Below, piece after piece: positions 25,389-39,889 of a stretch of DNA of 64,000 nucleotides (position 1 is the stretch's first letter; the number at the start of each line of letters is the position of its first letter). The notes beneath the pieces are model-generated. The model did not search any database. It was not told where the DNA came from and was given only the letters and a program-made list of their open reading frames with translations. The position numbers and the translations under genes were made by a program. Source of the DNA: Octopus sinensis (taxonomy: Eukaryota); the NCBI RefSeq assembly GCF_006345805.1, contig NC_042999.1:145142001-145206000 (forward strand), written 5' to 3'.

Positions 25389-26094
25389 TTAAAATGCGAG
25401 TATTGGACCTGGTTTAAATATTTTATTCCGAAGAAAGATCACAACCTGTTAAAACATTCTGCACTACTCCATAATGCCAATTAATATTTGCTGCTCTGTA
25501 TGAGCTCACAAGGTCCCGTTGGGTTGCAACAGCCCACATTAATAATCACTGGATTAAAGTACATCAGTTACATTAGTGATATGTGCTTATAGTGAAAAAA
25601 GTGTCGACCCATATACTAAAATGCATATAAAAAAGCTCTTCCCAAGACTGCAAATCTTGAAATTTAAGTTAAAAGTTAAAAGAATTTAGTCAAAACAAAA
25701 ACTTAGTTACAGAGTGGAAGCATTAAGCAGTGATGTGTGTAAATGCAATATTACTACCAGTTCAAATATGCTTGAACTCGTAAACAAGCCATTTACTGTG
25801 TTTTGTCATGGAGAAAATTTCTCCCTCTAGACAAATAGTGTATTGATTAGGTGTACTGATTTGAGTATATTTACACCTTTGTCTATAGTGAAGCATTTTC
25901 TGCATAACGAAACAGTGAATGGCCTGCTTATGGGTTTGAACATGCCACAAGCATATTTGAACTGGTAATAATATTACACTGAGAAACTTAGTCATAAAAT
26001 GCGTAATAGGAAAAAAATATGTGACTGATTTTGTAGCCAGAAAAAGCACCAGTGGCATTGCATTCGAGATTGCATTGTACTTGAGTAAAAAGTG

Positions 26095-26186
26095 TATATT
26101 TGTATGTGTATAGATGTGTCTGTGTGAATGTAAATATATATATATATGTATATGCATGTGTTGATCAGTATATGTATATGGGTACA

Positions 26187-26236
<50 letters not shown>

Positions 26237-27203
26237 TAGATGCATTTGTATGTGTTTATATATGTGTATACATGTAATATAGAATGCATACATAATTATG
26301 TATATATGTATGTGTACGTAACTGTGTGAGTGTGTGTGTGTATATATATATATATATTGCATGCATGTGTGTGTATATGTATGTCTCTATATAAATGCAT
26401 GTGCCTATAAATATATCTATATATAAATGTGTATGAATATCTTTGTGTATACCTCAATATGTACAGGAATAAATATATGAATATGCATAAGTGTATATAC
26501 ATATGTATGTTAATAAATGTGTGTATATATATATATGTAAATATGTATATATGTGTGTGCATAAAAGATAGTGTTCAAAAGGCCTTTTAGCATTGAATTT
26601 TACACATCTTTAAATTCAAAAGGGACTTCTGATTCACTCTGTCTGTCTGTATGAATCTTATGTATTATCAATCTATCGTGTGTGTGTGTGAATTCATATT
26701 TCTATGTATGCATCTATATACAGTGGAAGTTGCTTATTGTGATTACATTTGGGACAGAGTATGCGGCATAACAATAACTGACTGATAACATTAAACAGAT
26801 ATAGCTATATTCCGAGATTGTTTGGGACCCATTAAATTTTTTTAACAATACTGGTTTGATAACATTGCCTACGATTATTATAAGCAGCTTCCAGTGTGTG
26901 TATGTATATATCTGTTTATAACGTGTGTAATATATATATATATATGCATATAAACCCATATTCATGAAAATATGCTTATATACATGTATGTAAATATGCA
27001 TATATGTATGAATATATATATATATATATATAACTGAAGAAAAGCATATTTGTGTGTGTGTGCATCCATATGTATATATGCCTGTTGTATATGTATATTA
27101 TATATATATATATATATATATAAATATACACACGCACTTACATGCGTGGGTGTATAGTCACATAAATGAATGCATGCACATGTGTAAATGTATATATATA
27201 TGC

Positions 27204-27235
<32 letters not shown>

Positions 27236-27355
27236 ATATATACATGCTCAGTCATATATGTATGTTATATATATATACTTGCTCACTTGTGTGTGTGTCT
27301 ATGTATATATAGATATACACATGCACAGATATAAACACCCACATATGCACACACA
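26095..27355. repeat. Extended (TA)n/(TG)n low-complexity region
   Basis: Direct reading; source of spurious Y/I/H-rich ORFs. Confidence 0.9.
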
Positions 27356-28221
27356 ACTTTTAAAGTTTTTATTTTCTACAAACTGCTCTACTATAAATCA
27401 TGGAACAGAAATTATTAAAGGAGGAAAAAAAAATTACAAATTAAAAAAAAAGTGAAGGAGACATCCCAAAAATATCTAAAAATACAATATTCTGTAAAAG
27501 AACAAAAGAATTACAAACCATTTTAGCTGTCATTTTGAATTTTGAAAAACAAACTAAGAACAAACTATTTTTTGCCTTGCTATCATATATCTTTTAGTTT
27601 TTTATTTCTTTCCCTTTTTTCCTTTGCCATTTTATAAATATATATTTTTATTTAAAGGAATAAAACAATATAAAAAAACATAACCAAGCGAAATAAAAGA
27701 TATTAAAAGCAAAACGTCTTGTATTTTATGTAGTTTTCATTCTTTGTGAAACAAAAGTGTCATTGTTGTTTTTGCTGAAGTTTTGTTGTGTTGTTTTTCA
27801 TGTTTTAAAGTGATGAGTCGTACCTATTCGCAGCATAGTGTAATTAGCCATTTAAAATATACAGAACCTTTGATTTTGCAACCCGCTCTCAACCATAGTT
27901 GTTGTTGTTGTTTCCAGTACTTTCTCATTAGTTAGGAGGGCTTTAAATGACCTTGTCGTAGTGGGGTGAGAAGTAGAACTGGAGGAGTAGAAAAATAATG
28001 ATGAAAGTTTAGAGAAAGGTGAAGTAAAGTAATGAGGTGAAAATTGAGATGACAATGATTTTTAATCTGCAAAATTGAAATATAGGCACAAATTTCATTC
28101 AAGCATATAATAAATGGGTACACATTATTGACAAGCCTTCAAGAAGGCTGAAACATGTCTAACATTCCCATCAGTTATTTGTTATGATGATGTTTGCTTT
28201 CCTTTGATTTATATATATATA

Positions 28222-29128
28222 CTAGCAGCTAATCCTGGTTTCACCCAGTCTGTTTGGATGATGTGGCTGTGATTGTTTTCGGTTAGGCCTAATCTATAAC
28301 AGCGCTTCTCAACCTTATCATTTCGGGTCCTCTGTTTCGATTGGATCCTCCAGCTGTATGAAAATTTCGTGGCCCCCCACCCAACTCATCAGAAAACAGC
28401 TTCAAATATTGTGAAGAATGAATTTGAATGTAGTCTTTTTGTGAGAGCTATCCTTTTGGACCTCTATCTAATCATTAAAACATTCATTTAATTATAAACA
28501 AGCAGTTGTATCTGTAAAACTTTTATTTGCAAAGAGCAGAAATTGAAAGAATATATATGAAATGGATGTGTGTGTGCATGCTCATCGTATAAAATTTTTA
28601 CGATAGTTGATTTATGGAAAAGATTATTAAATTTTTGAAATGTAACTATGTGAATGAAAATTAAGTTCAGACCTGTACATGGTAGATAGACCTAGTAGAA
28701 ATAGCAGCCAAAGCTCCCTACTGTCTTAACCCGGCAATTCTGCCTATTCTGTAGTTTGAATGAGAAACTGTAACTAAAGATTAAGATTATTAACCCCACA
28801 AAGAGGCGAAAGAAGAGAGACAGCATAGCGAAAGTTTTGGCTGATTGTCATCCTGTACTCCCCTTGTTGCTTGCGAAATGGTATATGCCGGCTGTGTGAG
28901 CAACTGGTTGTTTTAATGGCGGACCCAAGAGGGGAATTCATTTAGAAAAGTTTTAATCGATTTTCTCGGTAAGTATGGGGGCTAGGAAAAAATACAAACC
29001 ACATTCCAGTCTATGCACCTGTCTGCACATGTGTGCCATTTTTCAAGCGAATTCCCCCAGCCGTTTGGCTGTGAACCTCAAGACAAGAAAGAATACAACG
29101 ATCGCCCATGTCCAATTTATATTATAGA
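28222..29128 (-). mobile_element. Non-autonomous Helitron-like element
   Basis: On the - strand it starts A|TC(tataat) at 29128 and ends CTAG|T at 28222, preceded by a degenerate GC hairpin (ctgggtgaaaccagg). Confidence 0.55.
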
Positions 29129-29917
29129 TTTATTGTGTTTTAAAACATCTATGGAAATTTCTCTGTCAGACAAAAACCACAATATGCCTGTCTATGGTGT
29201 ATATACATTTAATATGATACAAAGATGACAATTTTCATTTAATACTGTTTTGTGTTCACTGATTTGTTTACAGCCTGGTAAGCATTCTGCAATGAATTAT
29301 TCACTTTCTTGGTACAAATTTCATTCAATCATGTGAAAAATGGGTGCATGTTACTGAGAAGCTCCAAGAAGAGTCAAATGTGCTTAATGTTCCCATGAGT
29401 CACTGCTACAACGTTTTTTTTATTTTGACATAGTGTTTTTAACACAACATGTCTATGAAGAGATTTTCTCATGCTACCTTAGTAGCATGCCTTTCTGCTG
29501 TGTTTACATTTAGTATGATACAAAGATGACTATTCTAATTTAATTTGATATTGTTTCAATTGCATTCACCAAATTTTTGAATATTAAAGTGGTGGGAGAT
29601 TGACAAGAGAGAAAAATTGTATTTGGTTTTCATATGGAGATCTTTAGTATATCTTATTAAAACGACTCAACAGTGAAAGGCAACATTATGCTACTCCAAT
29701 TAAGGATTCATCCAAACAATTTTTGTTGAATATTTGATATATGTGTTGAATGAAGGCATAGATGACTAAGCGTATAGGATAGTAGATGACCATCTGAGTG
29801 GATGGTGGTTTGTATCCCGTCACTGACACGGTTTGCCAATTCAGTGGCCATGATTATTTAATTTTCTGATGGTTCACAACAATCTGTGAAGAGTTACTGC
29901 AGAATAGGACAAAACTT

Positions 29918-30329
29918 GGATCTTTTCGGTTTGAACAGCAGTTTTTTAAAATAATTTCTACGTAACTAAACACTTTTAAACTTCGTATATTGGTAGAATG
30001 TGTTTATAAAACATCTTTTTCTCTTGGCTTTATTGAGAAAATTCTATAGTTTGTAAGATATTTGTAGTTTTTTTTCTTCAAATTCTGCAATTTCAACCAA
30101 TCAATGACGTCTATTGAGGTGAAAACATTCTGTGCCGTATGAAAATGTCCCTCGTTTAAGAAACAGATTAGGTTTATTTACATTTCTGAAGAAAAAAATA
30201 TAACCTTCCCCCCACCCCTAACCCTAAAACAGATTGAAATGCAATAGATCGATACTAGGGTCATAATTATGGGTGACAATTTCATATGACACCGCTAGAA
30301 AAAAACTGCCGTTCAAACCGAAAAGATCC
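29918..30329. mobile_element. MITE with ~30-bp TIRs and 7-8-bp TSD (GG termini, Merlin-like)
   Basis: ggatcttttcggtttgaacagcagtttttt / aaaaaactgccgttcaaaccgaaaagatcc; flanked by CAAAACT on both sides. Confidence 0.8.
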
Positions 30330-31740
30330 CAAAACTCACTGTTGTAAACAGCGAATAACATTGTTAAAGTGGGGCAGAATTTCTATTAGCAGTAGTGTTT
30401 TAGGTTGCTAGATTGGCAGAATCGTTAAAGCAGTGTTTTTCAAGATGGGGTGTAAATATGTAACAAGTGAACAAGACTTGCAATACAGTTTTGATTAAAA
30501 CTGCTTTGGAATGAATGAATTAATAAATAAATAAAGGTGTGTGTGTGTATGTGTATCGCACATGTTTTTCTGGAAATTTGAAGTGGTGAGGTGGAACAAA
30601 AATGGTTGAGAAATACTGCTTTAGCATCTGACAAAAATGAAGTCTGCTCATTTTACCTTTTAATTCGATTTTGTTATCACGCAGGAAAATCTTTGACAGA
30701 AAATTGAAGTTGCAGGAGTGATAAAAGGATACAACAAAATTAACACAGAGTTAGTGTTGTTAATATTCTTTCTTTGATGTGCTACGTACTATCTCTGTTC
30801 AAGAGAGGTAGATTACTCGACTTAGTAATAAACATAAGCGCCAACCAATGTCAAACTTAGTTATCTCCCCTATAACATAATTAGTACCGTCTTTTTCACG
30901 ATTATTTCTTTCGGAATCACCAGCACAGTAACTGGCTGTTCTTTATTTTTGTCACTGTCTTCTTTCCTTACTACCTATTTGCTTAGTGTGTTTAGTCAAC
31001 AGGAAAGACATTCTTTCATTGAACGAAGGTATAAGTGTGAAGTTTCTGAAAGAGTATTCAAACAGTCTCGTGCGATCGTTTGACAGATACTTCCATATAT
31101 GCTAACATACGTACATACAAGATAATACAGGGTTCGAAAACTATGGCAGATACCGCCAAAGTACAGAACGATGCTGCTCTCATTAGGTAAATACCATCAA
31201 CGGATCCATCGGAACAGCATTTCAGGCACTGGGGATTCTACATTCACGACTACAGCATACATCCATTAGCATGAAGCTCCTTGATTTGTAGTGCTCAGTG
31301 TACATATATATCTGAAGACACCAGAAACGACACGAGAATACCAGATGGACAATACAATTGACTCGTAGTATAAACATTCAAAATAGAAACTAATAACATG
31401 AAGTACATTGACATCATAAACATTATCATGTTACCATCAGCTGTTATAATTTCGCAGTTAAAGGGTTAATACACAGCTGTGTAAATGCATGCATGCATAC
31501 ACACACACACACGACTAACTTCTGCATAGTTTCATCTACTAAATTTCTCTCACGAGGTAGTAGCCAATCTTACACGAGTGTAGAAGGCACTCACCTGAGT
31601 AGCTGGAAGTGGAATCAAGCATGGGATCACGTGATTTCAAAAGAAATTCCTTAGCCACACAGCTATATTTGTGTCCAAAGTTTGATATTAGGTGGTTGTA
31701 ACTAATGCGGCAAAATAGTTCAGTAAACTGAAAATGTGTA

Positions 31741-32265
31741 TACCGTAAATCCTCGTGTATAATCCGTATTTTTTCTCCAAAATTTAAAGGTCAAAATTTC
31801 TAGTGTGTACTATATACAAGGTTAAGAATGAAAATTATTTTCGAAGCAATGTCCAAATCTCTATTTGCTGTCCGGCAATGTTTATTCAGACGCATTTTGG
31901 GATGTCGGGTGCGAAAATACCTTAAGCTAAGACTGAAAGCAATGAAGTCATAAAAGAATCATCCATAACTTGCAGTAAGCAACATTTATTAAATGTTATT
32001 ACTGTTATTACAGTTATTTCTTTATTTTCTACAAACAAAATGCACAAAAAAGCTACACGTTTGCATTATGTTATATATACAATAATAATAACGGACGTTA
32101 CCGCATACAGTTTTACAAACCAAGGGCGTTATATGGACCTCCTTGACTCAAGTTAGAGAAGGGGTACGTATTATACACAAAGTTTAGGTCTTTCAGAGGT
32201 ACAGCCCCCTAAAAATCCCCTGCGTATTATACTCAAGGGCGGACTATACTCGAGGATTTACGGTA
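31741..32265. mobile_element. Tc1/mariner-pogo-type MITE
   Basis: taccgtaaatcctcgtgtata / tatactcgaggatttacggta TIRs, including terminal TA. Confidence 0.85.
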
Positions 32266-34392
32266 GTTGTTTTAATAGCTGATTAAAACCATATTTCACC
32301 GAGGCAAGTTCGTGTTAATATAGTTGACCCATGGAGTAGTAAAAGGTTAATGAGAAATATGTGTTTCGAGGATAAAACAATATTAATAATGCTTATTAAA
32401 CACTAAAGGTTATTATTTAAAATTTTCCAGTAACTATGGGAGACAACTACGAATATGTTTTGATATTCTTCTAACCACACCAGTGAAGCATAGTCTTCAA
32501 CTTTATCAAGGGAGAGATGAAAGAATCACTAAGTAAATGTATAACATTGTACGTTTGATGGCGTACGGAAAGAGCTGTTTAGTGATTAAATAATTCACAG
32601 ATGCCATTCGCTTATGATTTTCTGGGACTTGAACAGAATACCTTCTCTTCTATGCGTTATACTGCTATTGTTGTTGTTGTTGTGTAGGTCTCCATTAGGG
32701 CTGACATAGAAAAACATTATGACTTATCACAAAAAGAAAAAAATGAAAATTGTGAAGGACAAATCGAACCTTCACACAAGAAATGCTCTGATTTCAGAAA
32801 GTCATTTTTTTCAAATACACCTTCTCGACTTAGGACCTATGCGAATTACGACCACAAAAAAATAAAAATAAAGTAAATAAAAAATCGATTTTTCGGACGT
32901 TGGGCAGCTGCACGTACGATAACTATGGCAACATCTGGCAATGCAGGCCTCCTTCAGACCCAGCCATCGACTGCCTACCACTGTCTCTCACTCAGTCGCT
33001 TCCAAGCACCAGTTGCATGAATGAAAATAGTCTTGAAAAATATAAATCCGACATACGACCAGATCGACTTACAACCTATCAGTCGGAACGGAACTTGGTC
33101 GTAAGTGAAGGAGGTGGTGTATTAGGTATATTAGGACATAATTTGACAATATAATGCGGTGAAATTTCATGTTACTAGCCAGATAGATCGAGAATTTTTA
33201 TTCTTTTGGTAAATTGGAAAATACAGTGAAATCATATACAACTGATTTTCGTTGTTATATTTAAGAGGAAACCCTACTTAAAATCTTAAAATATGATATC
33301 TGCATGCAGCTGATGTTCTCCGGTGTTGCTGTTATGAAGAGAATTGGCATGTTTTGTAAGCGTTACTGCAATTCTGTTTTGTGTCCAAGATCCGGGGCGA
33401 TTCACGATCGGATGTGAAGCCATACATAGAAAACGGCTGGAGTATGTACAATATCATCTGCGCACGAAGTTGTGTATGTTTTATGAAAATGAGAAGTTCT
33501 TTAAGTATAGGTTAAAAAGAGCGGAGATCTGCTGCCGTAAGTACGGCGAACCGGTTAATAGTTTGTCAACTAACGTTTTCTGTTGTTTCACTGGTATTTA
33601 ACAATATTTAGATACATCATTCTATATCCCAAGTTCAAACTCGTTTCGGGTCGGCTTTGCAGCTCATCTTTTCAAAGATTGACGAATTAAGTAACACTCA
33701 GATATTGGAGTGTAACCTTCTGTGTGCGTTAACGATGTGTAACCTTCTGCATGCGTTAGAAATGACTATATGGTTTAAAAGATCTAGCTATTTACGGTGT
33801 TTGCCGCTCATTCGCCTTCATAATAATGATGTTTTAAAACATTGTTTCAACTCTTATGATATGCATTTTCTTTTCATTTTCTAGTATGAAACATTTCTCA
33901 AAACTATGATCTTGATGTCTACTATAACTAATTCAGAATTTTATCTGTATATATACAGTATTGGTCATTCATTTGCCATAACAATAACGATTTTTACCTT
34001 TGTTACCATATACATTTCCCGCTAATTCCTATCACCAAACATTTTCCAAACTATGATAAAAGTTTTGAAACTAAAGAACTAATTCCCCTCCTTAACGTTT
34101 ATCTTTGAAATTCACTTCAATATTAATCATAACTCTTATTAAAACGAAACTTCAAATCTTATTCCACTCGGAGACACAAATATCTCATTGTAGAAATTAT
34201 TAATTCGACCAGGATAATAGAAATATCTACAAATAGATAAGAAAGCTTTATTTCACTGATCGATAAAGTAATTTAGTTGCGACTTGATCCACTGCAGCAA
34301 GATAATGTACATATAAGATTTTCGATTCCAGTAGTACAAGAAAAGTGAAAATTATTGCTTACACAGCATTCTTTTATGTTCCTTAGCAAGTA

Positions 34393-34394
<2 letters not shown>

Positions 34395-34425
<31 letters not shown>

Positions 34426-35179
34426 TGTATGTATGTATGTATGTATGTATGTATGTATGTATGTATGTATGTATGTGCGTGCGTGCGCGCGTGATTGTGT
34501 ATGTATGTAAGTCATTATTCAGTTTTATTTCAAGATATCTTGCCAATAGAGAAAGAGCCGGTTTCTAACCTATATCCAAGGCTCCTTCATTGGAATTTCA
34601 ACAACATCAACAGGGTATTTTTGTATGTATGTATGTATGTATGTATGTATGTATGTATGTATGTATGTATGTATGTATGGCCATGGTTTCTACCATACTG
34701 TTGGTTCTTATTACTTTGGCATCGGGGTTATCCTTCCGATGGATCTCGTTATACAGTGTCCTAGCTACGTCATCATATCTCTTCGGTTGATAATACCCTA
34801 ATGACATTTTTGGATAACTGCTTATGACGTGGACATCTTCAGTGTTAACTCCACTAAGTCTGCATCAGTTCTCACATTTTGCTGTTTTTCCTGCGTCTCT
34901 GTCCCTTTTGTGCATCAGGTATTTGGTTGATATTTCCTGTTTCTGGATTGCAAACGCACACCCTTCGAGGTGGGAGGTAGTAATCCGGTTGTTAGTCCAT
35001 GATAGACTGCTTTAATGATCAATGTTACTATCGTCTCTGAGCTTTCTACTAACATATTTATGCATAGTTTTCTGTTGATTTACGCTCATCCTTTCATCTG
35101 ATGGTACATTGTGGTAGAGTCGTGCAACTTCTCTGGCCATGTCTTTAAGGTCACCAGTGAGGTATCCTTCAGACTTCCT

Positions 35180-35213
<34 letters not shown>

Positions 35214-35255
35214 TGTATGTATGTATGTATGTATGTATGTATGTATGTATGTATG
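34395..35255 (-). mobile_element. R4/Dong-like (RLE-clade) non-LTR fragments embedded in three (TACA)n/(ATGT)n tracts
   Basis: The - strand of 35180-34680 reads SHLEGCAFAIQKQEISTKYL...CRLSGVNTEDVHVISSYPKMSLGYYQPKRYDDVARTLYN, a degenerate CCHC knuckle region of R4-type ORFs. 34620-34507 looks like a 3' UTR with AATAAA running into (TACA)n. Confidence 0.65.
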
Positions 35256-37439
35256 AGAGTGAGTGAGTGACTGAGACTGCGAGAATGTGTGTGTGCATGT
35301 ACTTTGCAAAGAATTCGGCAGAGATACATATGCGCGGCATGCAAGTGAATCCGTACAATATGCGTAACATACTCCTGTTAACCCAACAAAATAGGAACTC
35401 TAGGCTAACTTGTAGAAAAATCAGCTGACGTAGGCTTGTGCTGCGCCACGTAGTCTGGGTTAATGAAATTTAACTACAGATTTAAGTTCGCATCGCAAGC
35501 ATGCCACACATATAATATAAAATACTACCTTACGATTTGTATCCAAGCATTCTCTGCTGTTCAAGCTATCCTGTGTTGCAACTGATTTCTTAAAAAACAA
35601 TGTCTACACTCTCACTATCACTCACTGCTCATTTGGACTTATATTGCTGTAGAGTCGTGCGAATAAGCAACTTCTTCACAATACGAGTAATAACTTCCAG
35701 TTATACTGACTCATAGTCTTGCTCGTTCCTAAAAAATTATGTGTTGTAACCACTTTTATAAATCTTCTGTCACTAACAGTTTGACTAAATCTTGGTCTGT
35801 ATTGAGGATATCTGTTTCAGCACATTTCTTTGAAGTCTCTCTGATTTTTCTCCCACACCAATGCTGCTAGGACAAAAGCCAAAGCCTTTCCAGATCTTAC
35901 ACCAGCTACTGTCCTTATTTGGGTTACCAAAACATTTGATATCCTTCTCATCATTGCCTAACATATACAACACAGCAGCTTCTTCTGTTATTCCTTCTAT
36001 GCCACTTTTATGCGGAATATATTTTCTAGCAAATTTGCCTTATCTATGACCCATCTAAGATAGCTTAGCGGGAGACTAATGCCAACCTTCCATGTGTGTC
36101 AGGTATATAACACATATAATCAAAGGTCACAACCCCTAAACCTTCAAGTGGTTTACTCAAATAAGCGAATAATGTTACCTATAATATTTAGAGGAAGTCA
36201 CCTATTACTATCCCTCACTCAGTAGATTTACTCACCATCACAACGCCAGCAAAATACCACCAAAACATCTGATACGTTTTGGTGTCGTTTTGCATTTGCA
36301 TCACACAGCCTGCAAATTCTTTTATCTCTCAAATTGCAGCTAAGTTCTAATTAAGAACGCTGGTGCTCACTAATTTTACAACACTCGTGATTATAATTAG
36401 TGGCATCTATTGTATTAGATATTATTGTATTTGAATGCAGAATTATTATTTCACAATTTCGTCTTCCATTTGACATTTGAGATAATGCGATGTTTTATAA
36501 ATTTATGGAATTGTCATCCGAAAGAGCTCAAACTGTTTCTGTGATAATGGAATTATGTTCGAGTTGATATTAATTTCATTAAATGCTTGCTTCGAATGCT
36601 GTGTCAGACAAGTAGATACAAATCGTTTGGAATTTCAGGTAGACATCGAGTCACGATTTTTCAAACTGATCGTGTAATTCATCATCATTTCGCCTCATCT
36701 CAACGCACATATTAGTAATGCTACTAAAAGTTCAGTAGCCAACAACGGTAAAATGTAGCATTAAGACTATAAAACGATGACTACAGAAATTCTAAGACTC
36801 CAGGAAAAATACCAACGTTATTACGAACCCCCCCCCCCCAAAAAAAAAAACAAAAAAACAAAAACAAAAGAAGCAATAAAAAAAGGCTTTAATTTTGTAG
36901 GGATAATAAGAATTAAATTTTGGAGGAGAAATTTCCTAGAATCATATTTTGTTTCGAAACATTCATTAAGCAGTTAATATCGAATTAAATTCAAGGTTCA
37001 GTCCCATGTATACTTTTGCAAGAGTCACTTAATGCCCATCCATTTTGATACGAGGAGAGGGAATTTCTGTAAAAAGGCAATGCCATAAACTCTAAAACCT
37101 ATCTGGGTATCGTGAAGAAGTTGCTTACTCGTATGATTTGCTTACTCGTATATTTGCTCTATGTACATAACCATTCTGGCAAACGCTTGACACCTGAAGA
37201 AAGCTGGAGCGTACACAACCGAAGCTTAGTAAAAAGTAACAACCAAGACAAGGACACCATTGCGATTAATTCTTGAAAGTCTGTTTCAGTTTTAATGCGA
37301 TTAAATGATAAATGATTAGGATCATCTCCTGACCGTAATCATATAGAAAATGGATGGGATCATATAAAAAAGAAAATTGCATATTATAATTCTTCATATA
37401 CGTTAGATATAAAAGAGATTCTATATGTTTGGATACAGA

Positions 37440-38060
37440 AAATAATTTTAGAGAAGTTTAAGCATCTCGGGTTGTATTCACGAGTGATTGAAGGCAGGAG
37501 GCTGAACTGGATGCTAGAATGGAGGTGCTGGCACAATAATGCGTCAGTTTCAGCATTTGATCTTAAGAAGAGGAGAAACCGGTAGACAAGCTAGAGGCAC
37601 TATCTTCAATTCAGTTTTCGTGCCTATCTTATCCTCACCTTTGGTCAATAATGTTGGATAATGATCGAAAGAGTATGAGCGCGAATTCAAGCGGCCGCAA
37701 TGGGGTTCTTCCGAAGGGTTACTTGGAGTAATGTTACTCGATAGGGTGCGTAGTTGGTGTCCAAGGAGTCTTTCCAGGTTGAGCCGCTTCTTCTCCGTAC
37801 TGAGGGGTCACAGTTCTGGTATCACGGACATGTGATTAGAACTTCACTGGAAAGAATTGCGAGACTGATTCTTTAAGCCAAGCCGACCGGCAGGAGCCCC
37901 GGGGGTAGACCAAGAACGAAATGGTTGAATAATATCTATAGTCGCAACTGATCACACTCGGGGATCCATACGGAACATCTAATGATAGTTGCTCTTGGTA
38001 AGAAATGCATGAAGACTCTACCACCACAACCCTTCCAGGAAAAGTGGGCGAAGTATCATT
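37440..38060 (+). mobile_element. Old RTE-like LINE 3' fragment
   Basis: Degenerate EKFKHLG motif and G-R-x-P-x-GRPRTKW C-terminal motif with frameshifts. Confidence 0.5.
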
Positions 38061-39889
38061 CTAAGACAAAGAAGTACCATTCTACGGATAACATTGTTAT
38101 TTGTATTTTTGCAAACTATTCACAAGTTATTTGTTTATTTCAAACAATTTCTTTGTTTTTCCTCTACACCAGAGCTTTCCAAACACTTGCATTGGCGATA
38201 CACTCCTTAGAAAGAATGTTTTTAGGATACATTATCTAACAAAATATGAAATGTATGAATGTCATAATTTTCGATGGCACGAGTATACAATCCATGATTA
38301 CGTTATATAAATTCGATTTAGTTGAACAAAATAAAAATGAGTTTGGTGGTGTGAAGAACACAGTTCTTGACTATTTAGTGGAATGTTTGAAAGAGATACC
38401 GGCATTTCTTCATCTAGCATTTAAAAAAAATATTTGTTGATTAATAACCCATGTTTACAAGTGCTGAAAGGGAAAAATTGCAGAAGTGCTGAAAGGGAAA
38501 ACTTCTAACGTGTTTTTGAAAATATGCACTGGAATGCATCTCTGAAACGTAAACACAAAAACTATCTAATTTACTCTCTTTTATATCTTTAACAAAGTCC
38601 ATAATTTTCTTTTATTCATAGTTAATTCTTCTTTTTTAATCAGTGAAAGCTGTTGCAGCTGAAACAAATAGATCTCTGACTCAATCATACTCTTTTATTT
38701 GGAAATTGGTGAAGCAATTATGTCCCCCTCCTCCAAGCAATAGAAAATGATCAAAGATTAGAAAAAAAAAGACTATCATAGTTTAAGTTCCATTCATCAG
38801 CTTAGGAAAACATTTAGAAATTTTCTGCTTTCAGTTTCTTTTTACAGAACATAATTTTGTCTCACAATTTTTATCCATCAATGTTAAGCTATTTCCCCCA
38901 CTTCCATGCATAATTGTGTTTATTTAAATATTTAAATGTCAAAAAGATACGTCAATTTTGCTGCGCACAAAATTTCGCGTAGACTTAAATTACAAATTCA
39001 ATTTACTGCTTCTCTTTCAAATGGTTGAACATCATTTCTCTAAATCTATATAAATGTCAAAATACTCAATATCTTGAAAGCCAACGAGCTTCAGTGTACA
39101 TTTCTCCCATCTTGCAAATTCGAGCAAATAATCTTGATTTAAGAGGCCGATTTTTAAATATAACCGACCATTTGAACAACTTATGCCATAACTATCTTTA
39201 AACAAATTTCAACTGTTCCTGCAACTAACTCTTTATAATGTATAAAGCAATTTTTAAAAACCAAAACTGAAAAACCCTTTGATAAACCAGTTATTGCGGA
39301 TGCGCTATCCGTAATCATACGCAATTAACCTATTGCAAATGGTTTCATTTTATAAAGCTGTCTGTAAATTTAAATATACATTCACGTCTAGATTTTAATG
39401 GAGCTTTTTATCAGCGCAAGAATTACTCAATAATAATTCGCTGTAATAACCTTTTTGTATCTGTTCACTTGTCTAGTTGTAATGCAAATTAGAGAAAAAT
39501 TCATTCATTCTTTCCCGCACCTTTCCCATTCCTTTCTCACCTTCTCTTCTCTCTTCTATTCACTCACCTACAACCCATACCTATCTGTCATAATGACTGT
39601 CTTTCTCACTCTATATACCCACATGGACCAATTTCCATATTAGCTAACCACTTAATTCTTTTCCTTCAATATGAACGCAATATTCAAAATACTGCCAAAA
39701 TACTGCCTGGATTTACCTGGGATTATACTTAAGGACTTACACCTTCACGGAAGTACGGACCAAACTCCTTACTCTCTGGAAGAAGATGAGCTGTGAAATT
39801 TATTCTCCTGCCGGGAATCTACTATCTATTGTTTTACTCTTTATTCTTCTAACTACTATTTTATTCTTTTATAAACTGTGAATTCCCTC

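Noticed and set aside
24148-27455. Many ORFs rich in Y/I/H/T/C/V (also at 34273-35370, 40349-42228, 44329-44981, 63727-63999)
   Set aside because: They are translations of (TA)n, (CA)n, (TACA)n and (GCAC)n microsatellites, with no splice or domain support.
35600-36250. Possible minus-strand LINE remnant
   Set aside because: Too decayed; no diagnostic motif could be read.
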